Shown here piece after piece: positions 12,022-25,510 of a stretch of 64,000 nt of DNA. A program made the position numbers and the translations under genes. Positions within the stretch are counted from its first letter, which is position 1. The number at the start of each line of letters is the position of its first letter. The stretch is taken from the NCBI GenBank assembly GCA_965202585.1, contig OZ241831.1:60822001-60886000 (forward strand), in the 5' to 3' direction. The notes beneath the pieces were generated by a model. The model had not been told where the DNA came from. It made no database searches and saw only the letters and a list, made by a program, of their open reading frames with translations. Origin of the DNA: Thalia democratica. Lineage: Eukaryota.

Positions 12022-13516
12022 TTGTGATAAAAGCAAATAGTATGCATATATAAAGCATACTGCATTGGTAGCATACAGTTAATGTTAAAATAAACTTGCT
12101 TTTGGCCTTCACACAATTATATTGAATGCTTTAAACTTCTTTGAACAGTTGTACTTTTACTGGGATAAGCTATGTTGTTACTAATTTTGTTTGCAAATAT
12201 TAAAAACTTAACTTATGAGATATAAATCTAATCTATAGTTTTAAAGTCATTATCTTTGAATTACAGTTTAAAAAACTTTCACTTCAAATGTATGTTGTAT
12301 TTTATTTCAAAAATGACTAGTTAACAATAAATTAAGCACAGTACACATCTTTACGACTAATTAAATATTAAGGTTATAAAGTTGTAAACTTCAAAATGCA
12401 ATTTGCATAAGAAAATAATTTTAGTTATTAATTTCAAAAAGACATGTTATGACAAAAACAGACAGTAAATTTTTTAATATTATTGTGCAACAGAAAATAT
12501 ATCACTAATTTTTTAATAACTTACTATATAATTTAAATTAATGCTTAAAATTTACAATTTTGCATTTCATTTGAAAATTTTATATGTCAAGTCTAAAAAT
12601 TTTAATAAAAAATGTGTATAGATAATTTTATATTATGAAGATAAAAATCTTTAAAATATGAAAATTATACAAAATAAACATTTTAATTCTTTTTCATGCA
12701 CAAAAATTTTTATACCAAAAACTTTTTTTAAGACTAAGAAGGTATATAAGTAGCTATTTTATGAACAGGTTTTTTAAAATTAACTTTAAAAGGACTTTTT
12801 ACAACAAATATAACATATTTAAAATACTATTATGTTACATAGGTTTTAGATACTTAATATTCAATATGACACACTAAAATGCTTAAACTTACTTGTCAGA
12901 TCTTTTGAAAACTATTTAAAGTTTTTATATATGTAGGAGTTTTCATAATATAATTAATTTGTTATGTTTTAAATCTTAATGGACTTAACTTTAATTAATT
13001 TAAGCAAGTTTGTTTCAAAAAAAAAGTTATAAACTAAAATATTTCTTTATGCAATGTTGTTAAAATACTAGAAAATTAAGTATATTTACTTATTAAAGCT
13101 TACAAATTTACCTTAGATTGTTCAAAAAGATACATGAAATAGTACACTTTACTTTTATAGTTGAGATTGTATAAATTTAAGCTTGTTTATATTTTTTATG
13201 TGCTTCCGATTTAACATGTTACACCTTTTTCAAATTTGCTTATATTTTTTTTAATTTGCACAAAAATATGTGTACTTGTCATCTTGTAAAAAACTGCAAT
13301 ACTTTTTTAAACTTGTTTAGAACATATTTTTTTATTAAATTTTTTCAAAAATGTTTTTTACACCTTTCCAAGCTTAACATCACTTGCTCATAAGTGAAAA
13401 ACCATTTAACTGATGGCATCTTTTACACTAGCCTCACGATTCACAAAAAATATTTTTTAAGTGTTAAGCATTTAAGTTACAACATGTGTTAATCTACCTG
13501 CCAGTTCAACAACTAA

Positions 13517-14801
13517 GGTCATAGGGGATCTACTTTTTTTATTTTTCTGTTTGATTAAGAGAGGTTACTGCAAGTTGATCATAAATTGTAATTTTCTATA
13601 TTAGCTATCAAAAGCTTTTTACCCCTTAACAATATTCATAGTATTTGGATACAAGGGGTCAAAGCTAAAGACAAGGTTCGTGCGCAAAATTTTTTTTATT
13701 TAGCCTGACTGAGACTAGTTTAGCCTGACATTTTTTCAAAGTAAGGAAAATCCCCTTTAGAAGTCAATTTGGGTATTGGGGAGGTCTTGATTAGTACTAT
13801 TGTAGTCTCCGACTTCAACCAGCTTTATCTCAAAAATATTTTCAGCTTTAAAATTCTGCAAAAAGCAACTTATAGCTTTGTTACAACTGAATAAAATAAG
13901 ACTAAATTGTGAAAAAGGTGATTGACAACCAACCAAAAGGTGAAAAATGAATTGTACCTAAAATTTGTACTCCCACAAAACTTAGTACTTATATCTTAAA
14001 GCTAAGTTTTAGTGTTGCGAATACCTCTAATAACTTAAAACAAACAGTAAATGTATGAATAAACTACTAAGAGTTTTAATCTAAAAATAATTGGTATAAA
14101 GCCTTTAAATTAGAAATTTAAACAGTTAAACCAACTAAGCTCTGAAGAACATAGCTGATGTAAACAAATTTAAACAAACAACTAAGTTGTTGTACTAAAC
14201 TGTAATGTTTAAACTGTTTTTTTTTTAATTTTCATAATTATGACGTATATAATCTACTCAAAACAAAATAATGAAGATTATAAAAAAAAAATTAGAGATT
14301 CAACATTAGGTTTTCAGCATTTATTATTACAAATACTGACTAATTTTGTCTTTAATAACAAAATCTTTATTTAGAAATAAATTCACATTTCAATTTGATC
14401 TTAAAAAGATTTCTCAATTTTTTTAATCAAAATTTTCAAGCATTTGAACTGAGAAAAACTGAGATTCTCAAATTTTTAAATAAAAAAACTGATTTAGCCT
14501 GACGTTTTTCAACTTTTTTCAGAAAAACTGATTTAGCCTGACGTACACGAACCCTGTAAAGAGTACAATAAGTACCTTATGAAAGCAAAAAAAGTATTTT
14601 ATCATAATGATAATCTATCATGTTTTTTTTTTTTGAAAGTTTTGCATCTCCCATAAGATTCCTATTGTTGCCTCTGACTTTGACTGCTATATCTTCAAAA
14701 TTATTTTGAATTTTTTAAATCTGTTAAAAGCATTTTGTAGCTAAGCAAAAACTTTATTAAGATCAAATTGTGAAAAAAGTGTTTTACCATCCCCCTATGC
14801 C
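13517..14801. mobile_element. Old Kolobok-type element related to 3648-4352, with nested hAT-like MITE
   Basis: Degenerate termini GGTCATAGGGG and CCCCCTATGCC, subterminal similarity (AAGATCAA.TTGT.AAAAA) to the young MITE. TSD has decayed. Confidence 0.45.
13672..14556. mobile_element. hAT-like MITE with 6-bp TSD
   Basis: TIR CA(A/G)GGTTCGTG and CACGAACCCTG, subterminal TTTAGCCTGAC repeats, TAAAGA on both sides (13666-13671, 14557-14562). Confidence 0.75.
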
Positions 14802-15060
14802 TTCAAACTAAAAATTAGAATTTTTTACATCACCTTTAATTCTGCTTTTATTTATTTTTTCTAAATACATAAATAATGTAACACTACATATATTTCAAAC
14901 ATTTAAAATAATATTGTCTAAACATTTGGTGTTTATGTTGAAAAACAAAAAATTATTTTTTTTCAAGGAAATTGCATTTTAAAAAATACAGTCGATCCAT
15001 ACCTTTGTATTGGAAACTTTTTACATACATGACTACATCTCATAGTTAATTACCAATAAA

Positions 15061-15549
15061 ATCTATCTCCTCCTTCATTTTTTAAGCAATCTTCTTCAAA
15101 TTTTGAAAGAAAGTGTATTATTAAATTTTAAAAGATTAAATGCAGGAATTTTTTTAATTTTTTAAATTAAATTTTTTATTAAAAACAAACCACCTTTTTT
15201 TTTTTTTTTTTTTGTTCTAAAATTTTTATTTTTTAATATTTTTAAAATTCCAACATTTAAAGTCTTTTAAACTATAAAAGGAAAGTTTCCTGAAAGTTTG
15301 AGGTCTTAAGCTCAAAAATGGAGGAGATAATAGATATTAGTGTTTTTTTTATTTCTGAGAAAATTGACCTTGAAAAATTTGCAGTCCATAAGTTTGTATC
15401 TAAAAACTTTTATAAAAATTACAATATCTTAAAAGTTAAATAAGATTTTCTAATTATATAAAAACTGGCCTGTGGTTTATACTTCAAGCTTTCATATAAG
15501 ATCCAATGTTAATTTTAATAAAAAAAATGTCCAACCCCCCTATGCCTTT
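15061..15549. mobile_element. Fragment of Kolobok-type element
   Basis: ATCTATCTCCTCCTTCATTTTTTAAGCAATCTTCTTCAAA matches the 3648-4352 MITE. Ends in CCCCCTATGCC; that terminus is deleted in the right-arm mirror (~31308). Confidence 0.5.
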
Positions 15550-16832
15550 GACAACCTACAAACTTTCTGTGCCCAAACAAAGTTATAAATTGAAATGCAG
15601 CTTAGTTTCTTTCAGGTTAATACATAAAAAGATAAGCTATTACCTTACAATTTATTTCAAAAACCAAGCAAGTATCAATCATTATTTTAGCTAAGTCAGA
15701 ATTTTTATATTCATTATAAATACAATACTTTTGGTATTCTTTGATCAACTTGCTAATATGTTCCTATTTATTATTCATTGAAAAAATAGTCATCAATGTG
15801 TTAACCACTAATCAAAATATACCCTTTAAGAATTATTGTATTTTGGAACAATTTATTCAGTAAACTATACATGATATTTACTACAAAAAGATTGTGAGTA
15901 TACTAGAAAGTTGAAAAGTTGTCAACAACTTACTTAATACTCCAGTAGCATTATTTAGCATTACAAGTTTAGTAATAATTATTAATTAACATTACTAATT
16001 AGAACAGGTAAGTACAACACTATTTGTTTAACGTTTTATTTATAAAGAATTGAAGAAATACAAAAATGTGGTCACAACTATGGTCAAGGGATTGGTGTTG
16101 AGATATACTTTTTGGACATAAGCTACACAACATTTAAGTGTTTGTTTTAACTTAAAATGTAAATTAGTACCAATATAATTTTTAGTAAAGATTTTATATC
16201 TATTTAATGGACATGTAACACAATTGTTTATAAAATTGTATCTGTTTTTCCTTTTTAAGCAGTAAAGTTTTTTTATTACATTTACTCATTGAGAGCTTGT
16301 GTGTTTACCTCTCCGCCCAACTAAGCTAATGTTGCCATATGTTATAATTAAACTTTTGTTGTTATATATCAGGGGTCAAGGTTAGTTTTAGGAAAGTAAA
16401 TTTAAAAGCGTATCAACATTGGTTCAATAATAGATAAACTACAGTTTCAAACAAAGATAAGTAAAATAAATTTACAATAAATTATTGAATTAGAAATAAT
16501 ACTTGATTTTAGATGATAAAAACGCTTTAGCAGAAAAATTTTAAAACCAAGTTAAGCAAAAATTTACTGATGCTTATTTTTATAACAAGTAAAAATGACA
16601 AAGAACTAAACAAATTTAAATTTATCAAAAATTTATATGATTAATGCCATTAAAAGTATTCAAAATTGCACATTTTACAAAAACTTAAATCATAAAAACG
16701 GTTTTTCAATCCAAAAACATTGCATTTAAAAAACAACACAAAAGTTTTGAACAGCTCTAACGCGTTAACCCGCAATAAAGACTATTCTACTTTTTTTGGT
16801 ATAAATATTTACTATTTGGTGCCCCTCCAAGT

Positions 16833-16905
16833 GTCTCCGTAGCGCAATGGATAGCGCGCTGGACTTCTAATCCAGAGGTTCCGGGTTCGAGTCCCGGCGG
16901 AGATG
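16833..16905 (+). tRNA. tRNA-Arg(TCT), intronless
   Basis: GTCTCCG...CGGAGATG, anticodon arm CTGGA-CT-TCT-AA-TCCAG. Confidence 0.97.
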
Positions 16906-17902
16906 CGCCCTTTTTATAGTGATTTTAATTATCAAGTTTTGTTCTTAAAAGTCAAATAAGGTTTGTATTGACCAATCAAGTTTTAATATTACTATCTACT
17001 TTAACAAAAGTTTTCGAATAGAAAACTAAAGGTGCTTTATACAACTACTTTAAATTATGTAAGTTATTAAAAGCTTCTTTTGAATATCAACGAAGATTTT
17101 TGTATACTTTTGTTTTAAGTGTAACAATTAAAGTTTTCAACTCACATTCAATGAATTAAATACAAATAATTTAAATTAATAAATTACCCTATAAGAGATT
17201 TTCAGTAATGTTTAATATTCTAAAAAATAAAAAAAGTACGGACAATAAGGCATACAAAAAATTAACAAACTAGATTTAAAACTAGCAAAAAGTACTAAAC
17301 AATTTTAAACTACTAAAAATATTTTATTGTTCTAAATAATGAAAAAAATTATAAAAGTTAAAATCTAGTTAAATAAGTTTTTTTTAAATATAAACAAAAC
17401 TAAATAGTTCAAAACGACAAACTAAGGTTACAACAATTTGCAAATAAAAACTGTTAAGCATATGCATTATCAGCTAAAATTAAAATTAGTTTTATGAAAC
17501 TACCAGTAAACCAAATTGTTAAATGTAATTTTTGTAAAAAAAAAATTTGTCTTTATTATTAGTTTTATGGACTATAATCTAATATTATCAAAACATTGCC
17601 AACTTTGAAGTATAACTTACCGATTTTTATAGAAAGTTTGAAATATTAAGACAGACATATATTTACATCTAGTACATTATTTTATTTATTATATCTAAGT
17701 TGTTAAGTGTGAGTTCATAAAATGAGGACAGGAAAAAAGTGTTCATTCAATTTTTTATCGCTAAAACTGTAACCCAAAACTGCTTAGTGCATAGAAGTAT
17801 AATTTGCAAAGCTTCAATAAAGTATTTAAGTGCTATTGACAACAGCAGCGCTAAAAAGAAGCAATTAACTTTATATAGCATAAGTTTGGCTTTCAGATGT
17901 GT

Positions 17903-17976
17903 GGCCGGTTAGCTCAGTTGGTTAGAGCTTCGTGCTAATAACGCGAATGTCGCGGGTTCGATCCCCGTACTGGCCA
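17903..17976 (+). tRNA. tRNA-Ile(AAT)
   Basis: GGCCGGT...ACTGGCCA, anticodon loop CT-AAT-AA. No T-run before the following tRNA-Asp. Confidence 0.93.
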
Positions 17977-17984
17977 CATATCCA

Positions 17985-18056
17985 TCTTCGTTAGTATAGT
18001 GGTGAGTATTCCCGCCTGTCACGCGGGCGACCGGGGTTCGATTCCCCGACGGGGAG
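17985..18056 (+). tRNA. tRNA-Asp(GTC)
   Basis: TCTTCGT...ACGGGGAG, loop CT-GTC-AC. Starts 8 nt after tRNA-Ile; T-run terminator follows. Confidence 0.93.
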
Positions 18057-19672
18057 TTTTTTGTGTTTTTTCTTTAAACTCCAAAGTCTAGTTGATTTTA
18101 AAAGCGTTTAAACCTAATTATTTATTTTTTTATTGATCTGTATTTTTATTAAAGAAACATAAAAAGATATATAGAAAATTGGAAATTAAAAAGCTTTTGT
18201 GATGTGTAAAGTATCATGTTTGTAAATGTACACCAAGTTATAGACCATCTAGCCTTTAAAATTTACTTAATAAAACATTTATCTTATGAAAGCCAAAATA
18301 TTCAATCTAAAAGTATATAAGATTACAATAATATAAACTTAGTAAATTAATAAAATTAAGACAAAAGTTTTATTTAGTTTATTAATTAACATATGATTTA
18401 AATTCTCAAATCTACATCTACTGTATAAGAATAACTTTACATGCAAATAAAACTAAAGATATAATCAGTTATTTTAAGTTTCAAATTGTTTAAGTATCTA
18501 GTTGTAAAACTACTTACTAGATAAGCTTTAAAAATGAAGTAGATAACTTACTTTATAATAATGTTTTAAGAAAGTGTTTAACAACAAAAATCATACATTG
18601 TTAATAGCTAAAAAACTGAAAGCTATCCTTTTTTTTAAAAACAGATCTTGGAGTTTAGACAGTGGTAATTTATCAAACACATAAATTTTATATTCAATGA
18701 ATTTGTTTTTTCAAAGTTTTCTAAGTTTTTGACAACGAAACTTAATTAAAAACGATAATTATACTTTTTATTATAGTTATTTAATAATATTTTGGACTAG
18801 GTTGTATTATTCATGATTCTTACAGGCTTCAAAATTCTTTTCAATGCAACAAAATTGTGTTTTAATTATTAAAAAGTGATTTTATTACTTTAGAACTTTT
18901 ATGATTTATTTTGTTCTATTGATGTTTAATTGTAGACTCACTTTGAAAGAAAAATTTTGAAGTAAAGCAAAGTGAGTATTATTTAGTTAACATGCAAACT
19001 TTGCCATTTCATTCTAAAACACAAACAAGTGCCTATGATTTAAAATGTAAACTATTTCATAGCTTTGACTTTGTTTTAGCTTTATTACGAACTTTCTAAG
19101 ATTTAAAGAAACAGTAGTTTACCTAAATTGAATAAAGCTAATAACTGTTAAATTAATTGTTGTACAAGTAAAAAAATTGAGTTTAATATGGCTGCTTAAT
19201 TTCAAAATAAAAAGTAATTGTGTTTAATTGTAAGTTAAGTATAAAAAGTAATAATCAAAATAATAACCTAATAAACAAAAAAGAAATTATAGATTGTAAA
19301 CTTTAAGATATTAATTAAATCATGCATATTTATTGATAAAAATAAGAATGTAAAACCACACAATAAAAAAACAGATTGATTTCTAAAAAAGAATCAATTA
19401 AACATTAAGATTAAACAGTTTATGATAAAATGAAAGAGGTCGAAATTTTCATTTAAAATGAAAATTTAATTTAGTAAATAGTAAATACTGCAAAATTAAA
19501 CCAATAAAGTATTTAGAAAATTAGCATGTTATGGTTTTTTATAACTTTAAACTCTTCTATAGTCTTCAGTTTCTTTGACAGCTTTTCCATCTTTCGAAAA
19601 CTCGCTCCTCTGTTTATATTAATAAAATGTTAAACAATAAAGATTAAACTATATGTATATACTGACAAGCAA

Positions 19673-19861
19673 ACTAACTGCAATATACTCATCATTGCCC
19701 AAGTATTATCTCTTATGACGTTGTTATATGCATTAATTGTGTTATTTATATAAAACAAGACCAAAAAATATATGTTAATAAATACATATTTTATGTAACT
19801 ATATTTACATATACTAACTGCAATGTGCTCATCATTGCCCAAGTATTCTCTTTTATGACGT
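19673..19861. repeat. Two 49-bp direct repeats (period 140) with ATGACGT motifs next to a GC box; possible promoter
   Basis: ACTAACTGCAAT....CTCATCATTGCCCAAGTATT.TCT..TATGACGT at 19673-19721 and 19813-19861, CCGCCCACCC at ~19887. Mirrored at 26975-27163. Confidence 0.55.
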
Positions 19862-19965
19862 CTTTTTATTCCGTTCATTTCAAATTCCGCCCACCCGTCA
19901 ACAAATTCCGATCGTTTTAACTGAAATAGTAAATTATTAGTAAAATGTTAACTAATTAAAAAGAA

Positions 19966-20038
19966 TGACCACGATGGGACTCGAACCCACAATCTTCCGG
20001 TTCGTAGCCGGACGCCTTATCCATTGGGCCACGCGGCC
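19966..20038 (-). tRNA. tRNA-Arg(ACG)
   Basis: GGCCGCG...CGTGGTCA, anticodon arm TCCGG-CT-ACG-AA-CCGGA. Confidence 0.95.
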
Positions 20039-21326
20039 AGTCTATCGAAAACTAATATCAGCGTATATATTTTATTGTTAAAAGCGTAGTCTGTTACGTC
20101 ATAATGCAATTTGAAATTTTTTCGCACATGCAGCTTGATTAACTTATTGTTGTATACTTTTGGTTTTAAGTATCATAACTATAATTCTCAACTTTGGTTG
20201 AAAAAGGTACAAATATTTTATTTTAAAGAATTCTGTTATAAAACAACGTTTGACTGTATTAGAAATGTTCAGTTAAGTTATAACTAAGTTCTTATTCAAA
20301 CAGCTAATTTATACTTTAAAAAAATTTTCGTTTCCTTTTAAAATCATGTTTCTTAGTTTAGTAGCAAACAGTTAGCTTAATGGCTATTAAAGTTCTTAAT
20401 GATGTTAGGTGTGCATAATCTATACAAAAACAGGTTTGAGTATTTAATACTTGTTATCATACCAGTGAAAGGTTTTTATTATCTTTGATAGAATTAAAGT
20501 GTTTACTTTTATTTATATTGAAAATACTTAAACTCAAAACTGTTTGACAGAGTTGCCACAATTAAAAAAAATATGAATACTGAATAAACATTTGTTTGTT
20601 TCACTTAAAATGTAATGCTCAAAAAACTGTGTGGCGATTTACCGATAAAAATCTAGAAACTCTCAAGATAGAATTTGTTAAATGCACTGATTACATAATA
20701 GTGTCCATACTTACATTAATTAAATTAACAAAATATACAGTTTAAATAAATTGAATAAAGCTTTAATATCTATTCTACATAACATAAACTTGTTTTTCAT
20801 GCGGGAACTTAGCTGAAGTTTATTAATTTTGTTTAATAATTTAAAAATAAGTTACATAAAAAAAAAAACAAGATGCCAGTTAGTTAAATATAGTTACAAT
20901 AAAATATTGTTTTTACAGTTACTTTAGTATATTCTTTTTTAATTGATTTTTAATTTAAAGATTTCATATTAAATAGTTTGGGTTGTATTTTATTAAACTA
21001 AGTGAACTATTTATATAAGTAAAACATGTTTTAAGTAAATACTTTTTATTGTTAGTTATTTTTTACTTCTAGGTTATTTTACAACTTATATGCTAAGTCT
21101 GACTAAACTTTACTTTTTTAGTTAGATAAATAGCTTATTACTGGTAAAGAGTAAATTTATTTTTCCTATTAAGGTGTTAGATTAGAATTATTTGTACAGA
21201 AAACTATTACTTTATGTATTGGGTTTTCAAACTCAGACTAACCATTATTATTTTTATCAGATCAGTATATAATTGTTTTTTTTTATATTTTAATTATGCC
21301 AAAGTTTACATATTTTAAGAATTCTT

Positions 21327-21686
21327 ATATGAAAGTTCCTAATATGTCGTTTGTTTATCTAGATACATTTATGCTAGGAAATGCTAAAACTTTTTCAGAC
21401 AAGCTGTGTTTATAAGGTAATTATACAATGCTGATAGAGCCGTTTTTTACAAACATCAATCATACACAGATGGTTTAAGTGATGTACTGGAAGTTTGATG
21501 ATAGAATTCAGCAAAAAACTGCTGTTTTTAACCTGTATTAATATTAGATTGAAAGCTTCATATAGTTATAAGTGTTAGGTTATGTATTTTACAATAAGTT
21601 TAATTTAAGAGTTTGATTTAGAAAAGTCAGGAAAATTTTGGTAAAAAGTCAGGAAATTTTTCTCAGCATGATCAGTGGCAACCATG
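21327..21686 (-). mobile_element. Left-end fragment of the hAT-like family at 1213-2207
   Basis: Reverse complement of CATGGTTGCCACTGATCA.GCTGAGAAAA.TTTCCTGAC..., collinear with ~1213-1600. Confidence 0.75.
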
Positions 21687-22141
21687 TATACGGTAGTTTG
21701 TTTTTAGATTTTATATTATCGCTTAGTTTCTTGTACCTATGTTGTGTAAAAAAATTAAATTTTACCAAAAGTCAAGTATTTTTTGTAATTAAAAAAATAA
21801 TTTAAAACGTTTAAAACTTGCTTTCAGAGTCGTAAGTGATATTCATTCGAATTTTGTACTTGTACTATACTCTACTTCTGATGCTAAGTAAATATCTGTT
21901 ATAATCTAAGCTGGTAAACTATTAATCATTAAGAGAAAAGAAAATTATAAACATAAGAAAATCTTATTGTTTTATAACTAAGATAAATAGAGATTTATAA
22001 AAAATTACGTACAAAAACATAAAATTATTTTACATGTCCACAATTTATAGAGTAATCTTTTTAAATTTTGGTTCTTGGCAATAACTCGACAAATAGTAGT
22101 AAAATGCTATATTTATTTTGTAAAACGATATTTAACAAAAG

Positions 22142-22264
22142 TTATGTGCTATCACTATAAAAATTAAACAATAATGCATAATTTAATTCTAATACATCTA
22201 ATGATTTAATTATGTGCTATCACTATAAAAATAAAACAAAAATGCATAATTTAATTCTAATACA
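22142..22264. repeat. Tandem duplication, 55-bp unit, period 68
   Basis: TTATGTGCTATCACTATAAAAAT.AAACAA.AATGCATAATTTAATTCTAATACA at 22142 and 22210. Confidence 0.85.
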
Positions 22265-22382
22265 ACCCCAAAACAAAAAAATTTGAGCAAAATCTGTATA
22301 TGAAAACAAATGATTTGTGGATAGATGCCAATTTTACAAGTAATTTAAATTTATAAACGCAATTAACCTTATTCCAGCAGAA

Positions 22383-22453
22383 GCATTGTTGGTTCAGTTG
22401 TAGAATTCTCGCCTGCCACGCGGGAGGCCCGGCTTCGATTCCCGGACAACGCA
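22383..22453 (+). tRNA. tRNA-Gly(GCC), degenerate (possible pseudogene)
   Basis: Gly(GCC) body with D-loop GG changed to TG, T-stem GGTTCG changed to GCTTCG (B box) and acceptor-stem substitutions. TATAAA at -31. Confidence 0.8.
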
Positions 22454-22848
22454 TTTTTATTACCAATTTTCTTTGTTTAACTAATAAATTAATGAAGCCG
22501 ATCATAGACTAAAATTCCATTTACCCATTAAAGATTTAACAAAACTTTTGTAACGGTATATGCACGTTTATTTAAAAATGATTAATAACTACTGTTACAA
22601 CTTTTGAAAACATAGCACAGTTTGTAAGTTTAAAAGCTTAGGCAACCCTAATCAAACCAAAAATAGTATAAACTAATTAGTAAATATGTGTAACTTTCTT
22701 GTCAAACAAATTCTAAAATATTTTATAGAATAATTTTATTGAAAAAAAATCCAAAACACATCTTTTTAAACTGAATTAACCTTAAAACAAAATTTAAGTT
22801 GGTTGTGATTAAAAAAGCAACAAGAGTAATAATTTTACAATAAGGGTG

Positions 22849-22921
22849 CGCCCAACGTGGGGCTCGAACCCACGACCGTTGGATTAAGAGTCCAACGCTC
22901 TACCGACTGAGCTAGCCGGGC
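22849..22921 (-). tRNA. tRNA-Lys(CTT)
   Basis: Identical to 3237-3309; lies in the palindrome spacer. Confidence 0.97.
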
Positions 22922-23791
22922 ACATTTGATATGCTTTTGTTGAGTTTATAAAACCTTTGTGACGATGCTATGACTTAATAATAAATTTACTGACGTCAAA
23001 TAAGGATCGTATGAAATTTTAATAAAAAGCTGTAGGTATTTTCATGGGTTTTTTTATGGGTTCACTAGTTGTAGCAAAAAAAATGCAAAAAACTCAACTT
23101 TTTTCATTTCTGACGTATATTTGAAATTTTTTTTGTACATTTATATTGGTAAAGTGTTTTCAAAGATAAAATTGTAAAATTATTCAATTTTATTTTCACA
23201 TGACGTTATTTTTCCAACTTTTTTTAGAGAACATTTTATATATAAACAATTTAATTATGGGCTCCTTAGTTTAGCAAATGCTATAGCTTATTTTTTACCT
23301 TTTAAACTGTAAGTTTTAATTGTAAGCCCTGATTTGATTACTTTCTATGTAACTAAAATAACAAACAACCTAACAGGGCATTTACATTTTAATATACTAT
23401 GATTTAGCCTTTTGTTATTGATATTTTTAATCAATTTTATTTTAATAATGAAACATTTATATTACATTTTCAATTGTGGCTTAAAAAAGTTTACCTACCT
23501 TCAATATTTAAAACTAGAGCATTACACTTATCTATTAAACAGTAGTGACATAATAAACACACATACTTAATCCTTTTAAGTTTAGTCTAAAAATGTACTT
23601 AAAATGAACAACAGAGTACTCTAAAACTTAAATAAGAAATTACTATGGAGTAGCAATAATGAACACTATGTTTTTTAAAACCAACTTTTATCACACAAAA
23701 ACTTAATTTTTATCATAGTTATTCTTAAAACAAAATATTTTTCACTTATACAAAGTTTTAAGATTAACTTAAGTTATTACAAAATAAAAAG

Positions 23792-23873
23792 CGTCGTCGG
23801 CAGGATTCGAACCTGCGCGGGCAGAGCCCAATTGATTTCTAGTCAATCGCCTTAACCACTCGGCCACAACGAC
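23792..23873 (-). tRNA. tRNA-Ser(AGA)
   Basis: GTCGTTG...CGACGACG, 82 nt, anticodon arm ATTGA-CT-AGA-AA-TCAAT, long variable arm. Confidence 0.96.
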
Positions 23874-25150
23874 TTGTGGATGAATACATGTATAAACGTT
23901 TATAATGCTGTTATTTGTAAATAGCTGGTAATTTTGTAGCTATACACAAGTTTAATTGAGTTTTAGGCTTTTCAAAGCTTGTAGAAAAAGAATATTTTAA
24001 ACTATAGTATTCTTGAGAAATTGTTGTTAATCAAGATTAGCTTTTACAAAAACATCAGTAAGTTTTAAACTTTTCCAATATCTATAAATTATATATACAT
24101 AGTAATTTCTTAGATTGTTGTTAGATTGCTTCTATGCAGCTTGTTTTTGCAGAATTTGTTAATTTTCTCAATTTCATATTACACATTTTATTCAACATTT
24201 TTTGCTATCAAAATGAAAAAAATAGCAATTATCAAGATATTTGTTTTAAGAAAATTAAGAACGTAATATATATATAAATGCATTAGCATCAAAATTGACT
24301 ATCTAAATAAACTTTGTTTAATACCTCATAATGTATATGTTTGTAAAATTTGTAAAACTTAATTCTATAAAATTTATTAGACCTAATTTTATAGACTTTA
24401 TTTTGCTTTGATAATCGGTGGAAATAACACCCAAACTATTGTAAGCAAATTTACATAAAGTTATTTATTTTACTTTAAAATAAATAGTTGTGTTATTTTA
24501 AGACTGTGGTTTTCTTAAGATACAGTTGTTTCCCCATCCTAGTAAAACTAAGCTAAGGTTGCCAATTTTTTTCTAGGTCTTCAAAAATTTTTCCAGGTTT
24601 TTAAAATTACTCGTTTTAAGGTCTATTTTTACTTTTATTTAAAATTAAAGTAAAAAACTATGCTAAAGAGATTAACGACATTGAAAAGATTTCTTTTGGC
24701 TTCTTTATATATGTCTTTTAACAAAATACAAATAGCTTAAAGTTTAGTTAAAACCGAAATGTGAAAACAATTTTCAACAATTTCAGATCTTTTTGAAGCA
24801 ATTATTACTCTATAAATAGATTTAGTTTTCTATCTCTCTTACAAAATTCATCGATACTTTTTAGAATATGTCCCTTTACAAAAAAGGTACGCCCAAACGT
24901 CTAACAATTACAATTACTTGTAGAGAGACTCTTTATATTTACATTTACTTAGCATCAGAAGTACAGTTTAGTACAAGTAAAAAATTGGAACGATTAGTAC
25001 TTATGACCACTGAAAGCAAGTTTTAAACGTTTTAAATTATTTTTTTAATTACAAAAAATACTTGACTTTTGGTAAAATTTAATTTTTTTACACAACATAG
25101 GTACAAGAAACTAAGCGATAATATAAAATCTAAAAACAAACTACCGTATA

Positions 25151-25510
25151 CATGGTTGCCACTGATCATGCTGAGAAAAATTTCCTGACTTTTTACCAAA
25201 ATTTTCCTGACTTTTCTAAATCAAACTCTTAAATTAAACTTATTATAAAATACATAACCTAACACTTATAACTATATGAAGCTTTCAATCTAATATTAAT
25301 ACAGGTTAAAAACAGCAGTTTTTTGCTGAATTCTATCATCAAACTTCCAGTACATCACTTAAACCATCTGTGTATGATTGATGTTTGTAAAAAACAGCTC
25401 TATCAGCATTGTATAATTACCTTATAAACACAGCTTGTCTGAAAAAGTTTTAGCATTTCCTAGCATAAATGTATCTAGATAAACAAACGACATATTAGGA
25501 ACTTTCATAT
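25151..25510 (+). mobile_element. Left-end fragment of hAT-like family (mirror of 21327-21686)
   Basis: CATGGTTGCCACTGATCATGCTGAGAAAAATTTCCTGAC..., collinear with ~1213-1600. Confidence 0.75.

Larger units (their letters stand above)
897..21893. repeat. Left arm of giant inverted duplication
   Basis: Reverse complement of ~24943-62150. Mirrored landmarks give near-constant coordinate sums: Arg-ACG 46836, Ile/Asp 46848, Arg-TCT 46856, Leu 46839, HEI10 ATG 46864. Arg-TCG, Pro and Lys are also mirrored beyond the right-arm insertions. The outer boundary is approximate. Confidence 0.93.

Noticed and set aside
19630-19878. 82-aa ORF identical in both arms (also 26958-27206)
   Set aside because: Identity is explained by the near-identical inner arms; composition is F/I/Y/N-rich like non-coding AT DNA; no motif.
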